A stretch of 63,999 nucleotides of DNA, counting the filler, from Thermoplasmatota archaeon (GTDB lineage Archaea > Thermoplasmatota > E2 > JACPAO01 > JAHFTW01): NCBI GenBank assembly GCA_041623215.1. It is 4 parts of 4 records of this genome, joined end to end, with 100 filler letters (N's around TTAATTAATTAA, not from the genome) between each part and the next. Parts side by side here need not be neighbours in the genome. Positions count along the whole stretch, not along the records: positions 58,361 to 63,999 come from JBFJXH010000115.1; 3 more parts are not named here. One strand, 5' to 3'. The notes below the pieces were generated by a model. It was given only the letters and a program-made list of their open reading frames with translations. It was not told the DNA's origin and did not search any database. The position numbers were made by a program, and so were the translations under genes. Positions 60,729 to 63,999 of this stretch are shown here, in pieces (within the stretch, counting starts at the first letter, position 1; the number at the start of each line of letters is the position of its first letter).

Positions 60729-61640
60729 GTGCCCCGTCAGGAGGTCACGCCCACACAAGGACGCCGTGCCCAGGCGCTCGATGGCCGCCAGCTTGCCAAG
60801 CGACGCGAAGGAGAACTCGGCGCACGAATCCAGGCTTTGCAAGACCGCTTCGGCAAAGCTCCGGCGCTGCATGTGATTCTCGTTGGCGACGACGACGCAT
60901 CAGCGGTTTATGTCCGGCGCAAGGAGCAAGCTGCCGAGCGCGTTGGCATCACGAGCGAAACGCACCGTTTGCCCGCCGAAACGTCGGAAGATGCGCTCGT
61001 GGGACTCGTAGAGAAACTCAACCGGGATGCGGACGTGAATGGCATCCTCGTTCAGTTGCCTCTTCCCGACCACATGGACCCAGGTCGCGTCATTCGGTCC
61101 ATCACCCCCTACAAGGATGTGGATGCATTCCATGCCGAGAATGTGGGCCACGCCCTCATTGGCGACGCCTCGCTGGCCCCCTGCACGCCGCAAGGCATCC
61201 TTTTGCTGCTGGAGGAAACCGGGGTGCCCCTTCAAGGCGCCGATGTGGTCATCGTAAATCACTCGAACATCGTGGGCAAGCCCCTCGCCGCTCTCCTGAT
61301 GAACCGCGACGCCACCGTCACCGTATGCCACAAGCATACGCGGCACCTGCAGGCGCATACGAGTCGAGCCGACATCCTCGTCACGGCCACCGGTTTGCCG
61401 GGCCTCATCACCAAGGACCACGTCAAGGACGGTGCCATCGTGGTTGATGTCAGCATGAACCGCGACGCCGACGGACGCCTTTGTGGTGACGTGGCCCCGG
61501 ATGTGTGGGACCGGGCGTCGTGGGTGACCCCGGTGCCGGGCGGTGTGGGCCCCATGACCGTATCCGTCTTGCTGGAGAACACCGTGCGCAGCTTGGAGCG
61601 CAAGATGGGCGTCTACAAACCATCCGGCGGCGTCGGCTAG
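60729..61640 (+). CDS. folD: Methylenetetrahydrofolate dehydrogenase/cyclohydrolase
   Basis: YVRRK, GILVQLPLP, KDVD, PCTP, TPVPGGVGPMT. Confidence 0.95.
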   Translation: MPRQEVTPTQGRRAQALDGRQLAKRREGELGARIQALQDRFGKAPALHVILVGDDDASAVYVRRKEQAAERVGITSETHRLPAETSEDALVGLVEKLNRDADVNGILVQLPLPDHMDPGRVIRSITPYKDVDAFHAENVGHALIGDASLAPCTPQGILLLLEETGVPLQGADVVIVNHSNIVGKPLAALLMNRDATVTVCHKHTRHLQAHTSRADILVTATGLPGLITKDHVKDGAIVVDVSMNRDADGRLCGDVAPDVWDRASWVTPVPGGVGPMTVSVLLENTVRSLERKMGVYKPSGGVG

Positions 61641-61894
61641 GTAGCCAACAAGTCGTCCAGAGCACCCTGCGATTCGAGGGCAAAGAGGTCGTCGCAGCCA
61701 CCGACATGACGTTCGCCGATGAAGATCTGCGGGACCGTCATGCGGCCGCCACTGCGGGCAACCATCTCATCACGGGCACCGTCAACCTCCTCAATATTGA
61801 TTTCAGCTGGCGTCACGCCTTTGGCCCCCAACAGGCCCTTCGCGCGAACACAATAGGGGCACCAGGTGGTCGTGTACATGGTGACTTCGGGCAC
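61637..61894 (-). CDS. grxC: Glutaredoxin 3
   Basis: CPYC, TVPQIFI, GGCDDL. Confidence 0.9.
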   Translation of the reverse strand: MPEVTMYTTTWCPYCVRAKGLLGAKGVTPAEINIEEVDGARDEMVARSGGRMTVPQIFIGERHVGGCDDLFALESQGALDDLLAT

Positions 61895-62019
61895 GCTTCC
61901 GCCTGTGTCACTTCTCCTCTTGGCATTTGCGGCGCGAACGTGGCTGGCGTTCGGGCAGGAATCGCGGGGACGCGCCAGAAACCTCTTAACAAACAGGAAA
62001 ATGGAGCGACCGACATCCT

Positions 62020-62787
62020 ATGATGCACAAGGTTCTTCTCTTGTCGGCGATGACCATTGCGGTCGCCTTCGCCGGCTGCACCGATGCCCCGCCAAGCGGC
62101 TCTTTCACCGCGTCCGACCACGCCGTCAACGTTGAGGGTTCCATCGACCTCGCGTTCCAAGCGCGCGTACGCAATACCGATGGCACGCCGCTTGCTGGCA
62201 CTCCTGCCGAAGACAACCTGTGCTCGCCGTCTGGCGCCCCGCCCAACGACTACGAATGTGTTGACCCGTCCACCACGGCCAAGGCCCACATCATGTCCAT
62301 TCCCCAGCCTAGCACCGACGGCTACATGCTGTACTGGACGAACGACACCGACGAACTGCTCATTGGGGCCCTCGTCGAGAACGGCACGGGTATGTACGAA
62401 CTGGCGGAAACGCTGTTCACCGAAGACCACAGCGGCTTCACCACCGTCGAGCTTCGCATGGGCAGCGCAGTCATTGCCACCGCCATGAACGCCGAGGGCG
62501 CCCAAGCGTTCGAAGCCAATCAGATGCTCATTGGCGGCAGTGCCAGTGTGGAATGGGAAGGCAAAGACCTGACCGCCACCGTGACCGGCCTCATGGGCAA
62601 CGTTTCCTACACCGGCTGGCTTGTCAGCACGGACGAAAACGGCGAATTGGTGCACGACGAATCCTTCGGCATCGCTGGCGACGGAACCTACGATTTCACC
62701 GCCGCCATGGACGTGGGCGACTACAAGGAGTTCCACATCCACATTACCGGCAGTAAGGTCAACGTCGTTATGGGCACCGTGTTCTAA
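62020..62787 (+). CDS. Acidic lipoprotein
   Basis: FAGC lipobox; two related beta-rich halves. Confidence 0.7.
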   Translation: MMHKVLLLSAMTIAVAFAGCTDAPPSGSFTASDHAVNVEGSIDLAFQARVRNTDGTPLAGTPAEDNLCSPSGAPPNDYECVDPSTTAKAHIMSIPQPSTDGYMLYWTNDTDELLIGALVENGTGMYELAETLFTEDHSGFTTVELRMGSAVIATAMNAEGAQAFEANQMLIGGSASVEWEGKDLTATVTGLMGNVSYTGWLVSTDENGELVHDESFGIAGDGTYDFTAAMDVGDYKEFHIHITGSKVNVVMGTVF

Positions 62788-62898
62788 GCCGCGCCCAAAC
62801 GTTTGGACCTAACCTCCCCTCTTCCTTCCACCTCGCTTTGCTCGCCTGCGACTAAATCCGAAGGCCCCCCCTGGCCCTCCAAGAGGCCACCATCACCA

Positions 62899-62906
62899 TT
62901 TTATAT
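62899..62906 (+). promoter_or_regulatory. TATA box of rps12-rps7 (TTTTATAT)
   Basis: Strong archaeal TATA consensus upstream of ribosomal protein genes. Confidence 0.7.
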
Positions 62907-63016
62907 GAGTCCCTTGTGGCCGCGCCACCGAGCCCAGCAATCGCTGGGTCCCGCGCGCGATGGAACGCTTGGCGGCTGGCCCGTCGCGCACCCCCCCAAC
63001 ATCAGGAGGAATCCCT

Positions 63017-63445
63017 ATCGCAACTGGAATCAACGCAGCCCGGAAGTTGAAGAACGACCGGCAAAAATTCCGCTGGAGCGACCGCTACTACAAGCGGCGC
63101 GCACTCCGGCTCAAGGAGAAATCTGACCCGCTTGGTGGCATCCCCCAAGCCCGCGGCATCGTCGTGGAAAAGGTCGGCATCGAAGCCAAGCAGCCTAACT
63201 CTGCTATCCGAAAGTGTGTCAAAGTGCAATTGATTCGCAACGGTCGCCAAATCACTGCCTTTGCAGTCGGCGACGGGGCCATCAACTACATCGATGAGCA
63301 CGACGAAGTGATGATCGAAGGTATCGGCGGCCGCATGGGTCGTTCGTACGGTGACATTCCCGGTGTCCGGTTCAAGGTCATCAAGGTCAACAACGTGGCC
63401 TTGTCCGAACTGGTAAGCGGCAAGATTGAGAAACCAATGCGGTGA
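63017..63445 (+). CDS. rps12: Ribosomal protein uS12 (probable ATC start; alternative ATG at 62960)
   Basis: [34 protein letters not shown] 7 nt before ATC. Confidence 0.95.
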   Translation: MATGINAARKLKNDRQKFRWSDRYYKRRALRLKEKSDPLGGIPQARGIVVEKVGIEAKQPNSAIRKCVKVQLIRNGRQITAFAVGDGAINYIDEHDEVMIEGIGGRMGRSYGDIPGVRFKVIKVNNVALSELVSGKIEKPMR

Positions 63446-63450
63446 ACATC

Positions 63451-63999
63451 ATGACCGAAGAACAGACAGAAGTCATCGAAACCCAGGAAGACCTGGCCGA
63501 AATCGCCGCCGAGGAATCCGTACCGGATGTCCCCGAGGTTGAACTGCCCGCGACCCCCTTGTTTGGCAAGTACGAGGCGAAGGGAATCACGGTTAACGAC
63601 CCCGGCTTGGTCAAGTACATCAAGCTCGACATCGTTGGCCTGCCCCACTCCAGCGCCCGCCACGGCAACAAGCGCTTTGCCAAGCAAAAGGTGAACGTCG
63701 TTGAGCGCCTCATCAACAACGTGATGCGCTCGGAAGTCTACAACGGCAAGAAGTCGAAGGCCTACCGCGTCGTCGCCGATGCGTTCGACCGCGTGGCTGA
63801 CCGCAGTGGGGAAAACCCCCTGCAGGTCCTCGTCGACGCCATCGAACACTCGGCACCGCGCGAAGAAGTGACCCGCCTGCGCTACGGTGGCATCAACGTG
63901 CCTAAGGCCGTCGATGTTTCCCCGCTGCGCCGCTTGGACATCGCTGTGCGCAACATCGCCAAGGGCGGCCTTGCTGGCAGCCACAAGAGCACCAAGCCG
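63451..63999 (+). CDS. rps7: Ribosomal protein uS7, truncated by the window end
   Basis: LFGKY, V.DPGL..YI, VERLINN.MR, NPLQVLVDAIE, PREEVTRL.YGGI..PKAVD.SP.RRLD. Confidence 0.93.
   Translation, partial: MTEEQTEVIETQEDLAEIAAEESVPDVPEVELPATPLFGKYEAKGITVNDPGLVKYIKLDIVGLPHSSARHGNKRFAKQKVNVVERLINNVMRSEVYNGKKSKAYRVVADAFDRVADRSGENPLQVLVDAIEHSAPREEVTRLRYGGINVPKAVDVSPLRRLDIAVRNIAKGGLAGSHKSTKP

Overview
This is GC-rich archaeal DNA. Its markers (Trm56, TFE, archaeal-type ThrRS, tRNA-splicing endonuclease, Sec61beta, archaeal uS12/uS7) and gene style suggest an uncultured Thermoplasmatota MAG; the lineage is my inference. The window is four contigs joined by artificial 100-nt N/TTAATTAATTAA linkers (19796-19895, 39368-39467, 58261-58360), so adjacency across linkers is meaningless. 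It holds housekeeping genes (korAB, ribK, trm56, tfe, thrS, trpS, endA, folD, rps12, rps7), a beta-CASP/UDP-Glc dehydrogenase/GT2 operon, and many secreted, lipoprotein or surface proteins. Best leads: (1) a MutS5-type ATPase translationally coupled to a phage-like Hjc-type nuclease with QxT in place of ExK; (2) a 13-kb surface-protein locus whose two giant single-pass proteins share a juxtamembrane domain and a cytoplasmic Zn ribbon, next to thrombospondin-3-like proteins and a transglutaminase-like lipoprotein; (3) apparent non-AUG starts (AUU in korA, AUC in rps12) behind SD sites, in a genome where most first genes look leaderless. I recognised no tRNA, rRNA, CRISPR array or transposon by eye.
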